Assembly: GCA_001949185.1 (NCBI GenBank)
Contig: BDGG01000012.1
Span: forward strand, 612,973 to 676,972
Direction: 5' to 3'
Length of the DNA: 64,000 nt
Origin: Ramazzottius varieornatus
Taxonomy: Eukaryota > Animalia > Tardigrada
The notes under the pieces are model-generated. The model was not told the DNA's origin. It did not search any database and saw only the letters and a program-made list of their open reading frames with translations. Within the stretch, counting starts at the first letter, position 1; every line of letters starts with the position of its first letter. This document shows, in pieces, positions 25,619 through 39,149 of this stretch. The translations under genes and the position numbers were made by a program.

Positions 25619-26742
25619 CTATTGTGTACCGTTTACGTATGACGGAGAACGACTATCGTTGGGTGAAGAACTTCGTCGGTCTTTGGAAGATTTGAACGCC
25701 AAGACGCCGCTTATCGGGGTTATCGTTGGTCCTAGGAAGAGATGACAAATAAGAATCACACTGTGAACAAAGAAGAACGTAAAGAAATGACTAAGCAAAT
25801 AAACACTCTTACTTGACGAGCATAATGGAAATTGTTGTAAGCACACACGAGCAGACGCTAAAACAGCAAGAACCTCCCTGGGATCTGCGCGCGCTTGCAC
25901 TTCATGCGCCGATTCTGAAACCATACTTTCACCTGGAGGTAGAACAGAAGGGTCTTCCATACGCACCGCATTTTACTTTAGGCGACGGACACAAAAATCT
26001 AATTAATCGAGACTTCGAATATACTGTGCAAGTCGTAGGTACGTACTTGGCGTTCGGATAGATCCAACGTGATGGCGAGTTCGTAGCGGCGAATACGGGT
26101 GAGATAGTTGTGCTGACAAAACTCTTGTTCCAGTCTTGCTAACTGATGCTTGGAGAAGGATGTTCGCTCTTTGCGGCTTTTCTCCTGCGAGCTCGCGATG
26201 GGGACTTCCGCATTGTCGAGTTCAGAGAGTTCCTTTGCTGTGTCATTAACCCCATCACTTCGCTCGCTGTCTGAAGCTAAGAAGACAAAGAAGAAGCAAT
26301 CAAGCGACAAGCTATAAGTAAATCATTTGTAACTTCCAATAATAATGATGTTTAAAAAAATGTAGAGCTGGGAGATGGACTTACCGTGAGGGTCTTGGTG
26401 GTGGGACAGTCCATGATCTTCCGGTTGCTCGTCATCATGGTTGGAAAGTGCTCTATCTTGGAGATCCTTCATCTCCCGGTCGAAGTCGAGGCCGAACCGA
26501 TCATAGCTTGTCTTGAGGTAATCGCTGTACTTGACTGTCGTTCCATTACATGGGTCAGGAATTCCGGAAAATGTCCAGCTCACCGTATCCGAGCTGTGGA
26601 AAGAGCCAGGGGGCGCCACCTGATCGTTCAGGTCCTCATGGGTCGCCGACTGCTTGTGATGGAACTGGCCGCATAAAGGATCCCGCTGATCGTTGGAATG
26701 GAAGATGGCCGAAGGGTGATCCCATTTCCAGAACGATTCCAT
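25619..26742 (-). CDS. MEOX: Mox/Meox-class homeobox transcription factor (buttonless-like), multi-exon; 3' end uncertain
   Basis: [43 protein letters not shown]|[14 protein letters not shown]; the HNYLTRxRRYE motif is diagnostic of the Mox class. Confidence 0.9.
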
Positions 26743-28065
26743 ATCTGGGAAGAAAGAGACACTGTATCCTGAGGACTTTCTCGAAATGAACTATACAGCG
26801 ATGTCGCTATTGATAGTAAGCAATAGCACGAAATTACGAATGCGAAACCAGCACACGAACGAATGAACAGCGCCATTGAATGAATCTTGACGGCTCTGCA
26901 CATCGGTGGAAAATTCTTTGACATTCCAAACTTTACGCACGAGGAGTGAGGATGTGAGGGGAAGCTCAACGATGTTGTTTCATATGGGAGGTCGGTGAAT
27001 GATTTCTGACAGTTTCTCACATGGCCAGAGAGACATCTAACGATTATGACACCTTGTAATGACATCTTTTACCACGTGAATTATCACCGAGCTGTATCCA
27101 CGTGTCGATAAAGTTGACAGTTTCGTGTTTTCTTTCGCATCAGAAGAAGTGGGAAGGAACATGGTCAGCTGTCAAAATAATAAGCCCCTCGTTAGTCCCA
27201 GCTATTATTACCACTAATCTGCGGTGTTAGTGGAAAAGTATTAACATTCTGTTATCCCACAAATAGCTGACGTGCTTTCTCAAATTATAGGCTTGGATCA
27301 CAACCAACTTGCGGGAAAGTACCTTCTACAGCCATACGTCCGCATTATTCGGAGCGGCATCTCATCGGATCGGATTTCACCTTTCTCAGTGTCACACGAA
27401 GTGGTAATTGGCCTGTATGGTGGTCCGGCAAAACCAGCTCTGGGTCCAGTGTCGTCGGGATCCAATGGCACTTCCATGCCACTGCGGATAACACCAAGAC
27501 GAACTAGGTGGTCTAATAACGCTTGCGCGATCTGGAAAACGGAACTACGTTCAGAAGCAAGTGTAGACGGCGAAAGCCACCCCGTCATACCTTAGTCTCG
27601 AACTGTACCGAGAACATCGACAGCGCCGGATAATCCGTTTCAGATTTGTCAAGCAGAATCCAGCAAACGAGCTTGCGTTCTTATTCGAAGTTCTTCACGA
27701 CGTGCTTTATGATTGGAACTTCCGGGTACGTAACCGACTGTCCACTGGCAGACTTGTGGTCACTAACGGTTAACAGTGGATAAGCCGATCAATAAGATAT
27801 GCGGTTGTATTTGAAGCACCTACTTGATTGAGTTGATTCGGTCCGTTTGACATTTTGGATTTGTATTTTGTAATTTTTGTTAAATTTCTGATGTTTTGGA
27901 CTTCTGGCTCCCTCCCATTGTCCTGTTTCTTCAGAAAGCAAGCCAATTCATGATCTAAAAATAGGAAGCCCTCAGACGGTGACTGCCACGAGCAGTGAGA
28001 AACGAAGACTGGCCTAACTTGGTTCTCCGTTCATCCAACTCCCGCCGCCGTAATTCTGGTTCGGC

Positions 28066-29892
28066 ATGGTGCACATCACGCGAGTGTTACTTGGTGGAGC
28101 CATCCGTCCAAAGTATCATTTCCGACGAAAATGGCGTTTATATGTGGAAAAGCAGAAGCTGGGAGGTCCGGTAATCCCGCCGAGTCTGCTGGAGAAGGGA
28201 GTGCCTATCGTCAACGCTGCTGTCGAGCAGAAGAGCCTGGAAAAGAATATCGAGCAATTCTTTGACTGGAAGCCGGATCATCCCATGTTCATCGAAGAAC
28301 CGAAAGACGGTCCGGAACATCCGCGATACAAAGAGATACCTTGCAGAATGTTCAAAGAGGACACAAAACTTTTCGAAGGTAAGGAGAGAACGTGCAAACT
28401 GAAGAAAAATCTCAGGAAAGAAACTTCCGTGGGGTTTCGGTTGATTGTTGATTACAACTAACGTTTACTTCGGTACTCTGGTTTCATCGGCCGGTTTATG
28501 CCGTCATGCGCTGATCATACCGAAATTGCGTAATTTGGGTTTCTCGGGTTGCAGGAGTGGAACAAGCTCAGTTGCTGACCAAGACTGTCGTCATCAGTGA
28601 TGCGCCACCTCAGTGGGGTCTTCAGGAACAGCTTGTGGATGCACTGAGGTTTCCTGATGAAGATGAGCGAGTGCGGCGGTACGTAATGCAGTCAGTGCGA
28701 TGGCATCCTAGTGAGGACAAGCTGCCCAGAAGGTCCCTCTACTACGGATATGTCGCACCGTGGTATTACGGAATATCAATCGCTCGAGCAAAGTAAGAAG
28801 CTCCACCTCATGCATTGATCGCTCGTTCGCAGTACGTGATAAGTAACTGAAGCTTCTTTCTATTGTCTAGCGACCTCATATGTCAGAATCTGTTGAGACT
28901 AACCGAAATGTCCTATTCGGGTAATTCTCAGATTCTCAAAAGGCACTTGGTCAAGGACGCACTGGTCAACGTGGATTACGAGCCAGCGCAACCTGACGAC
29001 TTCCGCATAGTGCTGAGCTGCAACAGCAATTTCATGTTGACGACTACCGAGCTTCTTCCGCCCTTTGCCGCGAAGGGACAAGCCCAACTGACCAGCCAGG
29101 CGGAGCTTCCTTCAATCTATCCTCTCAAACCTGCGCTGAACTTGGAAGAAACAAACCTCTACGATTGGGACACCAGTTACCGTAAGAATAGTCCTTTCGC
29201 CTCTTTTTCCAAGTCTCGAAGATTGAGCGTTTCCGTTTTCGTAGCTTTCACGGAAGACTGCACGTTCGGCTTTCCGCATACCATCATAGTCCATCACAAT
29301 GCGCCTGACGAATGGACACTTGCCCAGAAGAAGGCAAAGGCCATCGTACACAGTCACGCAACGTTGGCCGCGCTGGCAAGAAGGATGTTTGGGGTAAGGC
29401 TGGCCTAAAAGCTCCACCGTTGAAAACTGTCCCAGTGAAGAAATGCTGTTGCTTTGATAGAAGGATGTGAAGGAGCTTCCGCAGCCTCTTAGTGTCCAGT
29501 GTATCCTTGCTGATCGCGGAAAGCACTTTACTTTCTACGCGTATCAGTTGAACACGCTGGACATGGCATCGCCGGACGGCATCAAAAATCTAGTGTGGGT
29601 GGACACGGACCACCAGACCGTCAAGACAGGCCCGGAGGACGACCCGGAAATAGTTATAACGGAGAAGCCATACCGGTTGTTCCAACTAGCGGACCAAATG
29701 GAAGGCCTGATGGGATACCAAATGTACAAAGAGAAAAACAGCCGACCAAGGTATAAGATAAGACTTTTAGATTCATACAATCCAGCAGTTATGAAAAAGT
29801 TTCTGACGCTGTATGCTACACAGCTGAATATGACACATAGCAATTCGGCTCAGCTGAAAGAACCACGAGAACCCCGCGCTGTTGCTGTTTGA
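28066..29892 (+). CDS. MRPL37: Mitochondrial ribosomal protein mL37, multi-exon
   Basis: EG|VEQAQLLTKTV, PHTIIV, LPQPLSVQCI..GKHFTFYAYQLNTLDM..DGIKNLVWVD, YNPAVMKKFLTLY match mL37. Confidence 0.88.
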
Positions 29893-29951
29893 GTTTCTTT
29901 CTGTGGCCTTGAGTTTTACCCAATCTGTCTGATTTCTGATTAAAGATTTGA

Positions 29952-30476
29952 TCAAGTACGAAAACGACTTCGATCTGCAATACTGGGGATTTTTCTGCGA
30001 ACAGCTTCAGCTATTCTCGAGGAGCTGTTCGAGGAATTCGAGTTGTTCCTCGTGGCCGCTTCCAGCTCGATTCTTTTGTCCAGTTCGCACCATTTTTCTC
30101 GTTCCTTGTGGATTTGCGACCTTAGATCGTCGTTCTCTTTGGCGATGTTCGCTCTAGCATGAGCTGTTGTTTGAATGTCATTCCTCAAGTTAGAAAGGGC
30201 CTGCTCAAGATGGTGAGCGCGGTACCGTCGTTCTTCGAGGTCTTGACGAGTTTGACCATCGACTTCTTCCTTTCTGTTGATATCCGGTCTGCAGTGTGGC
30301 TCATCAAGGGATATGAGTTCTAATAATGTGTGTCGACCAAAGGACTGCAGGCTTTCGATCCGCGAATCTATTGCTTGAATGACTGCGGCGGCGTCTGGAC
30401 ACTGATCTGGTTCTACCATCGGTAATGTTTCACTGGTAGAACTCACCTCGCAACAAGCAGTACTTCCGGGTGGCAT
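29952..30476 (-). CDS. Intronless coiled-coil protein of unknown function
   Basis: Open 174-codon frame with a charged heptad region (LEQALSNLRNDIQ...KENDDLRSQIHKEREK); no recognisable family. Confidence 0.55.
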   Translation of the reverse strand: MPPGSTACCEVSSTSETLPMVEPDQCPDAAAVIQAIDSRIESLQSFGRHTLLELISLDEPHCRPDINRKEEVDGQTRQDLEERRYRAHHLEQALSNLRNDIQTTAHARANIAKENDDLRSQIHKEREKWCELDKRIELEAATRNNSNSSNSSSRIAEAVRRKIPSIADRSRFRT

Positions 30477-30762
30477 TAGTACTTCGTTATGAGTTGTGCT
30501 CCTTCTTGACCGAAAGATTACCGACCGGAATAATAACAGGTAAAACCGTAAAAGCGTCACAGAAAGAAAACGTTTAGCGGAAAAACAGTTTCTGGCGTCC
30601 GCTAACTTTCTCTGTGGCAACCCGACATGCTTCTCAGGAAGATCACGTATTTAAAAAAGAAAACTGTAAACCGGTACAGCTACATCACAAATCGAAAAGA
30701 ACTGCCGCTTGATGTCAAGACTTCAAGGAATCGCCAAGGAACTTAGTGTTTACGCCAGCGTA

Positions 30763-32520
30763 CTATTTCTCGTCCTTCGTCATGGACAGTTCGGGATGTT
30801 TGTCAAGATACGTCCGCAGAGCTGTTGGGAAGTCAGTCATAATACCGTTGGCTCCCAGCGCGATAGCTCGATCAAACTCGGCTTCGTTATTCTGCGAAAT
30901 GGAACAGGAACAGAGAACATCATTTGAGCTAAGCTTAGGACGCTGAAATATCTTACTTACAAGAACCCAGAGAAATACGGTAACTCCTCGCTTCTTCAGA
31001 TGATCAAATAGAGCCTTCCGCATCATAATTCTGCAAGCACAAAGGACCCTGTAGGTTATTCCATCAGAGGCCTGCATATAGCCGTAGATACAACACACTA
31101 TAGGTCAATTACTTGTCCATCACCCAGAACACTATCCGATTCGAAAACTTTCCGACGGCAAAGTTTTTGTCCCCTCTACAAACAACACAGTCTGTTGTAC
31201 AAAAAAGAACAATATTCCAAAAATAGCTCGGGCTTCCACAAGAAGTAATAACTCGGGATACATCAGACAGGCTGAATCGTGACAGACTCACCCCAGAAAT
31301 ATCGAAGGCATAGGGACACTGAAGACCTGTTCTTTAATAGGCATGAAGGGTAGAAATCCTGTCCAGAAGGCCAGCACCGTAATCAGCACCCTTCGGATTG
31401 AGAAAAAGATGGGAATATTCGAATTCTGTAACATCGAGAAGGAACATTATGGAGGAAGCGGTAAAGAGAAGAAAGCTGTCATAAGTACACGGTAGATATT
31501 CGTACCTCTCTGTAACATTTTTCTATCATAATGTGGTGAAAGTTTCCCCATACTGTCAAATGCTCCCTCTTAAATTCTTTGATCAGTTCCGAAGTCTGCA
31601 AGTACATATGTACCGTACGCGTACTGCGGTGATACAAAATTCTTGAGGAATCAAAACGAAATGTTAAGACCATACCTTGTGAACAAGAACATCGCTTTTT
31701 TGCTTGAGATCGACGCTAACAGGTAGCGTTGGAAATTCTTCAAAGACTTGCCGAAGAAGTGGCATCTTTCGATCGTTATCCTTGCCCGTGACAGTGTGCC
31801 CTACAACGATTAAAAACGGGTTACCGTTTGGTGCCACGTAACGACTCTTTCCTTCACAAACTTACTCGTTCCGAAGTCAACCACCAGCTGTTCCTTCAGA
31901 AGAGGGAGGTCAAAATAGTTCGTCTCAGCAATGGTTCCTTCTCTCCCTGCTGTCCGGAGAAAAATTGCATCGTGCGCCACTATCACTTCACCGTCCTTAG
32001 AAAGATGGACATCTGCAACGAAAGAACGCATTTATAATATTCCAGCTGGAAACGCTGTGGGCAAGATTTTGTAACATACCGAGCTCCAGCATATGCGTTC
32101 CGGTAGTCGCGGCACTGCAACCAAGACCTCCCATAAAGCAATCCGAAACGGCACTCTAAATCGTTACACCTCTAGCACATACTGTCGGAAAGCTGTCATA
32201 GTGTTCTCCAGATTTTCGCCCGCTCCTGCAACATACACAAAGTGTGTTATAATTTATATGCACATCATCGGTGACAGACGAAGAGATACGATACAGGCTT
32301 CCACAGAATTACGCGGCATCTTACCTCCACGATGGCTGATATGGAGGCATCGAAAAGCTTGGCGCTTCTTCTTCCAGAAGGGGAATTTGAGGAAGAAGTA
32401 AGACGTAGCTATATATCCCGAGACAACCGCGACTGCAATCATACCTCTTGACCAAGGCCACCCGATGGCCTCCAGAAGGTGCGCGGACGACTGTACTGCC
32501 GTCTCGTTGTCCAGGAGCAT
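30763..32520 (-). CDS. GDPD1: Lysophospholipase D / glycerophosphodiester phosphodiesterase GDPD1/3-like, multi-exon
   Basis: N-terminal TM then ISHRGG|AGENLENTMTAFR, MLEL|DVHLSKDGEVIVAHD, FKREHLTVWGNF, LFDHLKKRG..VFLWVL|NNEAEFDRAIALGANGIMTDFPTAL. Confidence 0.92.
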
Positions 32521-32878
32521 CTTCGCGACATCAGTCGTCCACAGTTGCAACGTTATATCCCGTTGATCTGCCTGGTGATGGAAGCTTCAAGACTCAAGAC
32601 TCAAATTTCTGACGGGAAGGAGAAGAACTCGTCTCGACTGATGACTCAACATTATGGATAAAGGTGAAACTGCGATAATGGCTCCATTTTTGTAATGAGT
32701 GGGACACCGTAATGACGTCACTGCGAAGTCTTGTATAGTTGTCCATTGATCAGCAAATTTGATCGAGTGTCCATCCGTTATCCAAGATTCCAAATTTCAA
32801 ATAGATAGCTTCAGAGTTCCAACTTCCAAGTTCCGACTTCCCTTGCGAGGCTGATTGATACATCGTGATCTGGACTTT

Positions 32879-32954
32879 GACCCAGTAAGTTTGGTGAACA
32901 CTTGGTCTGGACGCTGGACCCAGTAAGTTTGGTGAACACTTGGTCTGGACGCTG
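32879..32954. repeat. Perfect 38-bp tandem duplication
   Basis: GACCCAGTAAGTTTGGTGAACACTTGGTCTGGACGCTG x2 between divergent GDPD1 and MRPL49. Confidence 0.9.
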
Positions 32955-33252
32955 GAAAGGTGGACCAGGACGCTTCAGAGCCCAGCTGGATTGGGAGCCG
33001 CCTATGAATGATAAGTGGTATTTTTGTTTGTTGGATAGTTTGACCATCTCGATTGTGCCTTATCAACTGCGGTGAAGCATTTCTGGATAACCTTTACAGA
33101 TATTCTGTGGACCATAGTCATTGCTTGCAAAGGGAAGCGCTGTTTGGTTGGCTAAAGACACGGAGTGTCTCTACTCATTCGACCGGAAGTCAAGTTAGTC
33201 AACCGGAAGATCACGATCTGATCCGTTGCCTCTCCACTCTGTGTGCCAGAAG

Positions 33253-33786
33253 ATGGACCTTCTTTTTCGAACTGCTCAGAGTCGCTCGAGAGTCAGCCCA
33301 GCGTTTGGCTTGTTGCGGCGGCATTATTGGCCTGTGGTGGAAGAAAAGAAGCCGGTCAATCCGGAACATACATATATTCCCGTGGTAGAATCAGCCGAAG
33401 ACTTCAAGTATGTGCAGAAGCTCTTGCCACCAATTGTCGCTCCTCCAGTCCCTGTACAGTCGTTGATGAACTATCCTACTCCTTCTGGATGGATCCCTGC
33501 TGCCCCGGCCAACAGTAATGCCCCATACTTTGTGGGAAGAAGTCGTATCCACGGTTTGCCTGTCTATATGGAAGTTGAAAAACCGTCCTATACTAAGAAG
33601 TTCACCAAGATCAAGAAGGTTCAAGGAGATATCTGGCAGTTTGAGAAGGACTTGATAGATTGGCTGCGGCCTCACTCATTTGATGCATTGGTGGCTACAC
33701 AAGTTTCTGAAGTGAATCGTGAAGTTAGAATCAAGGGTGACTATATGGAGCATGTCAAGCAGTTTTTGTTGGAACGTGGCTTTTGA
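33253..33786 (+). CDS. MRPL49: Mitochondrial ribosomal protein mL49, intronless CDS
   Basis: YPTPSGWIP, PYFVGRSRIHGLPVY, TKIKKVQGDIW, VRIKGDY..VKQFLLERGF. Confidence 0.95.
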   Translation: MDLLFRTAQSRSRVSPAFGLLRRHYWPVVEEKKPVNPEHTYIPVVESAEDFKYVQKLLPPIVAPPVPVQSLMNYPTPSGWIPAAPANSNAPYFVGRSRIHGLPVYMEVEKPSYTKKFTKIKKVQGDIWQFEKDLIDWLRPHSFDALVATQVSEVNREVRIKGDYMEHVKQFLLERGF

Positions 33787-36700
33787 GCGGGTGGCTTTTC
33801 ATCTTGGATCTTTTATCATTATCTTATTTCAGGTACGAGTACAAAGTAGAGAAACACGAAAGCTATACTTCTAAACTTCCAGTAATGCGGTAATAATGGA
33901 CGACTGTAAAAGGTTATATCCAGTACGTTCCCTTGCTCGGCGAGCGGAACTCGAGAGCAACCACAGCGGGCTGGGGTATCTGACCTCTAACCCTCCAGAA
34001 GAGCCTAACCACGATGCGAAAGGTAGAAACGAGGAACTGAATCGCGATGTTGTCACGTGATTGGATGGTTTGACTGGCTTGGAAGTATGGCCATCGGATT
34101 AGCCGTAAAAAGTTGCCCTAGGAGCCGTGTTTTCAATGATGTAAATTTGCATCTTTTGGTCACGTGATGCGCGATATCTCGCTTCAGGAGCAGTTTCGTC
34201 CCTGAGCATGTATGTCTCATTCGAAAGAGCGTGTCGAGTTGAGTAGAATGAAACTACTGTATGCTCTCCCGAAATTCACGTACGTCACTGACTCTCAAAT
34301 CATTGGGGTCTTACCGTCTAGTTTTACACTCTGAATGGAGTGACGTACATGAATTTCGGGAGAGTATACAGTACTTCGAATGAATTTTTCGATGTTGCAA
34401 GAAATTAATTTTATTCCCGACTTTCCTAGGAGGGTTAGAGGTAAATAGAATCAAGTACTCTGCTGGCAATACGAGGTAAACGACATAATTCGGGCATATC
34501 GATTTTCGTACCATAATTCGGGCAACGCAGAAAGTTTGAACATTATCGTCAACGCTTGATTCATCTCTTATCGTATGCCTGTTGATACAACATTAGGCTT
34601 CTTAGCATTGGACAGACCCATGTCCCTCCCAGGTCAAATTCCTGTGATCCACAACGCTTTGTTATTCTCAAACCTATTGAAACCTCCAGGAAAGGGATCA
34701 GTCTACCTCACGAAACAAGAAGCAGTTCATTACGCGCAGTAGGAGCTGAGTAAAAATATGCCCAAATTACGAGTGAAAAACCACCATGCCCGAATTATGT
34801 CGTTCACCTCGTACTACGTACTTACTGCAAGCGAGTTCGGCCGTGATCTTATCGAGCGACTCGTAAGACCCTGCAAAACACATCACTTCCAAGTAATCGT
34901 CCTCACCTACTGGAATCTGGAAATCGTAGCGGTAGACTGGCCCACGAAATTCCACGACCAGGCAATGACTGTATTCAAGAATCAGCAGTCATGCAGGTGT
35001 GATGTTTGAATTCCAAACATCACAACAGCCACCAGCTGCATGATCCGATAAAGGCTCCAGCAAAACAGTCCATTCCCAGCCCATATAAAAACATTACCTG
35101 GCGAAAACACTGACAATAGTCCTCCTCACGACAGGTCGTAAAACTCCGTTGATTGTGTTGATCTTGAAAATGGATTATGAAATTCCGCTCTCAAGATAAG
35201 CAGCCCTCGAGTAGCTTTTCTTGTAAGCTAAAACAGATTATTCTCTGCACACTTGACTCAAAATTTCAAATTTTCATTTCTCAGCTGATCTCTGTCTGCA
35301 CAGTGCTTCACGTTGCGAGACACCGTTTCACGTATGGGCTTCTTGATACCTACTAGTGTCGGGGATATCGACAGACAGAGACCATCCAGAGAGAAAACCA
35401 TGAATTTCCGCCTAGTCAGGAGGCAAAGTGTGTCTACAAACCTACCCCACAAAACTCGCGCATTTCCGCTCCTGTTTCCGAGACTTTCGAAAAACGCGAT
35501 TTTGCCTCACTCACGACTGAATTCCGTCGATCAAGCAAACTCAAATTCTAAATCAACCGTTTGCGACATAAACAGCTCGTCGTGAGGAGAACTATTAGAC
35601 CGAAGACACTGGACTTTCTTCCTAGTGTTTTTAGTACTGTGCCAGTGCCACTGTCCAAGCAATCTGGCAGGTCCCTTGCTGGTGTTCACCACCCCAGTGT
35701 CTTGCGGCGACACTGATCGGCTCCGGCAAGAACACTGTAGTCACCCTTGGCCGTTTCTTCACCCACGGGGACGAACCGCCTGAACTGAACGATCACACTG
35801 GGTAAATACGCCTCTTTTGGTCGAGAACCGTTTGTTTAGGTTCAGGTTCCATAATTTATTCATTCGGCGAAATGCCGGTCTCGGTTTTCTCCCATCTTCA
35901 TCGAAAGCTGTTATGATGAAATTTTTCTGCTTTTCGCCTCTCGACTGGAGTCAATCTAGATCCTGTGCTCCCGACAAATTGGAAACTGATGTCAATGGAT
36001 GAAAAGATTGCGGCGAAGGGGTGGTTTCAGGTGAGAAAGCTGAAGATGACGCAATAATTGACAGTTTTGCAGGTGGTGGTAGGTTTTCTGACTTATCTAA
36101 CATCAAAAGCTACCGAGGTCGTGTGTATCGGAACGAGGTAAGTCGCATCGCTTGGTTTAAAAGTCTGTTTCATACGCTGGACGTCTATTGGAAGGGGTTT
36201 TCGAGGTACAGTAAGTGAAAATGTATAATTCTTCTCCGCCATGCTGCAGCATGGTAAACTATTATACAAAGTCATTTTGTGTCCAGTTTTTTTATTTAGA
36301 TTCTTTGTTACCTCTTTGCCTGATCCTTTCCCTGCAGATTTCACCACGGCTGCTTCTCGTAGAATTGATGAAACAGTAATGTCTGCCACTCATCATTTTT
36401 CAGTCACAAAACTCGGATGGAATACGCCGTATGTAAGAATAAATTTCCAGATGCAAGATGTATTTGAAGACAGTTATTAGTACCTGTGAGAAATCTTCAG
36501 TCTACCTGAGCGATAGGTGCTTGTTGTCTGAGAAAACTACAACGGGTGTACGATATTCCGCTTATTCCGCTCTTTGCGGCACACTTCCAGTGTCTTGAAA
36601 ATGTACTGAGGGTTCTGTCCAAGTATCTTACAGTAATCTGGCTGATACCCGTCAGCGATCTAACTAGTACCTACAGATCTGAAGGAATCTCCATGGATCA

Positions 36701-38442
36701 AAAATCATTTCTGTATATTTCCTGCAGATTTCTATCAATGCCTTGTTCTTATATGGGCTGCTGACCCTGGAGAAAGTGCACAGGTTATGGTTTTATGTTG
36801 ATCGATAGCAGTAATTGGAAATTATTGTCTTTAGCGACGATTGTGGTTATTGTTTTTGAACAATAAGCATTTTCCCTTCTTCTAACTACCCGACCGGACA
36901 CGGCGTTTTTCCTGGACTGTTCCGAAATGTGTTTGCGGTGTACCGTACACGTGCGCCGCATGTGTACACTCTTGCTGGTCAACTCCATGTACTTCCTTAT
37001 CCGGCCGATCGAAGCGAGGCCTTTATGAGTCTCAGGTCTTCAATGCTGATCAGAATTTTCAGTCACGTCCTTATCGCAAACACCCTTCTGAAAAATAGTG
37101 CGCCAGTTGAAGGAGCCGATGTATTAGACTCACTTATCCACTTATCGCAAACCTGACTGCGTCAGTGCGCTCGCTCGGCCGTTCCAGTGGTCCAGACCAC
37201 TGGCTAGTTCGCTGACTCTATTGTAGCGAAAATTTCCTTCGGATATTAAAATTGAAAATTCTCCACGACTGACAGAGGATTTCCTCGAGGTATTAAGCCA
37301 GCCCTGCAGGCGGCGTATCTCGAGAAGTATATAAGCTGAAAGCTGTCAGTTGTTCGAGATTTTTTTTTCCTTCAGTTGATTTTCGATCAGTAAAGTGCAG
37401 TACGAACTCCAGCTTTTGCCGGTCTTCTGTAAAGCCTAACTGGCTGACTTCGAGGTCTGCGAGGTCCTTCAATCTTTCTGGGTGGATAAACCTGTCGATG
37501 GTCAGCGAAGCCTGAGGTTCCTGCAAGTCGAGGACGCTTAGCTAAGGCCCTTTGGAATACCGGGATCAACTGGCGGACACTGGCGAGGTAAGTCTCTGAG
37601 ACGAACGAGTAGCCTACAGGTCCTAAAGGAAGAGAGGGTGACTCGTGTGACGGATAGGAGAGTATCAGGTGGTTTGTCTGGAAGACTTGTGGTGAGGTTT
37701 TGTGTTGAACAACAGGCAGAGCACCGGCACCATCAGGTTCTCTATCAACTTGAAGTTTAGCTGAAGCTGACGTCCGTTTAAAGTTCCTCGTCAGTCGGAC
37801 GATGAAAATTATTAATCGAGGTGCAGTGTGAATTAAACGAGCCAGCAACTTTGTTGCAGGCTTATTGCCGTGGTGAGAGTTCTTCACGCTACACTATCCG
37901 GTAGCTCACCATGGCCGCGTGTTGACTCCTCCTGGATAAAACTCATCCACGTTCGCTTATCATGAATAGTTTCATTAGCCAAAGACAGAAAGCATAAGAA
38001 TACAGGCTCACATTCGCGGACGCGTACCGTACGCTGGAACACGTCGAAACCGGAAAGAATATCCTTCTGCCCATTTTCGCGCCATGTCCATTTAATAACC
38101 CTCGAACATGTCCGTAAGGCGAACACAACGATCTCTGAAGTACCTAAGAAGATGACACTCACTGACCGATCCTTTCTTTGTTTCAAGAACAAACTACACA
38201 AGTATGTAAAACACGAAGAAGTCTCATACAGTCCTACCGGTTCTGCCATTGCTATTCCTGCAGCGCCATTTCCAGATCCTTCCGTGAATGGACTCCACCC
38301 TGCACAATGCTACAGTCTCACCAGGCTGTAAAAAACACTCGATCCTTAACTTTGATGGGAGGGAAGAAGTTTGCGATCCGGGGCGGTTTCATGAGCTTCA
38401 CTTCACTTCGGCCAGTTGTTGACTTACAGAACAAGTCCTCCA

Positions 38443-39149
38443 GAGTGCTGGGATAGATACGATAAGATATGATATTTTTTGATAAATATCAATATTGATA
38501 TTTCGCTTTCGATATCAAAAAAGTATTGATATTTCGATATGATAGGTTTCTGATATTTTATTTTCGATATATTGGATTTCATTCCGGTGGTATATCGATA
38601 TCAAGGCTGGTACCGGTTGAAATTATCGAAAACAAGGAGAGCGGACAAGGAAGTAACAGACTGATCGGACCCTGCATTCCAGTCAGATTCAGGTCAGAAT
38701 CTGGATCTCACGACACCAAAATGATCGATGAAAAGTTAGGAAATTGGCACAGAAGCCAGATTATGCAAGCCGCAGCGAGTCCACGGACAACTGTGAAGTC
38801 GGGTTTGCACGGTGCTCAATGTATCGATATCCGTCGTCGCGCACCTAGGTACGGTGACTGTATACTTTGCCGAAGTAGAGATGGATTGTAAGTGCGTGAT
38901 GTAAAACGGACGAGGCTTCGCTGTCTGCGCGACCCCGAACCGGAGCATTGATTTTCGGTGCGGGTTCGGGATTCAACGATTTGTCAGTGATATATCGATA
39001 TACTGCGATATGACATTTTCAGTTATCATATTCCACTCAGCGATATCCCGTCGATATTGATGTTTCGATATGATATTGTTGGCGTATTGAATGACTCTGA
39101 TGTGATATATTTCGACGAAAAAGGACATATCATATTTATCCCAGCACTA
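38443..39149. mobile_element. Non-autonomous hAT-type MITE (707 bp)
   Basis: TIRs GAGTGCTGGGATA / TATCCCAGCACTA; TSD GTCCTCCA / GTCCTCTA (7 of 8); dense subterminal (C)GATAT/ATATC repeats. Confidence 0.85.

Noticed and set aside
22031-30476. Coiled-coil orphans as CAHS/LEA desiccation proteins
   Set aside because: No recognisable CAHS motif or LEA 11-mer periodicity.
38526-38948. ORFs inside the GATAT-rich element
   Set aside because: Low-complexity MITE interior with no transposase features.
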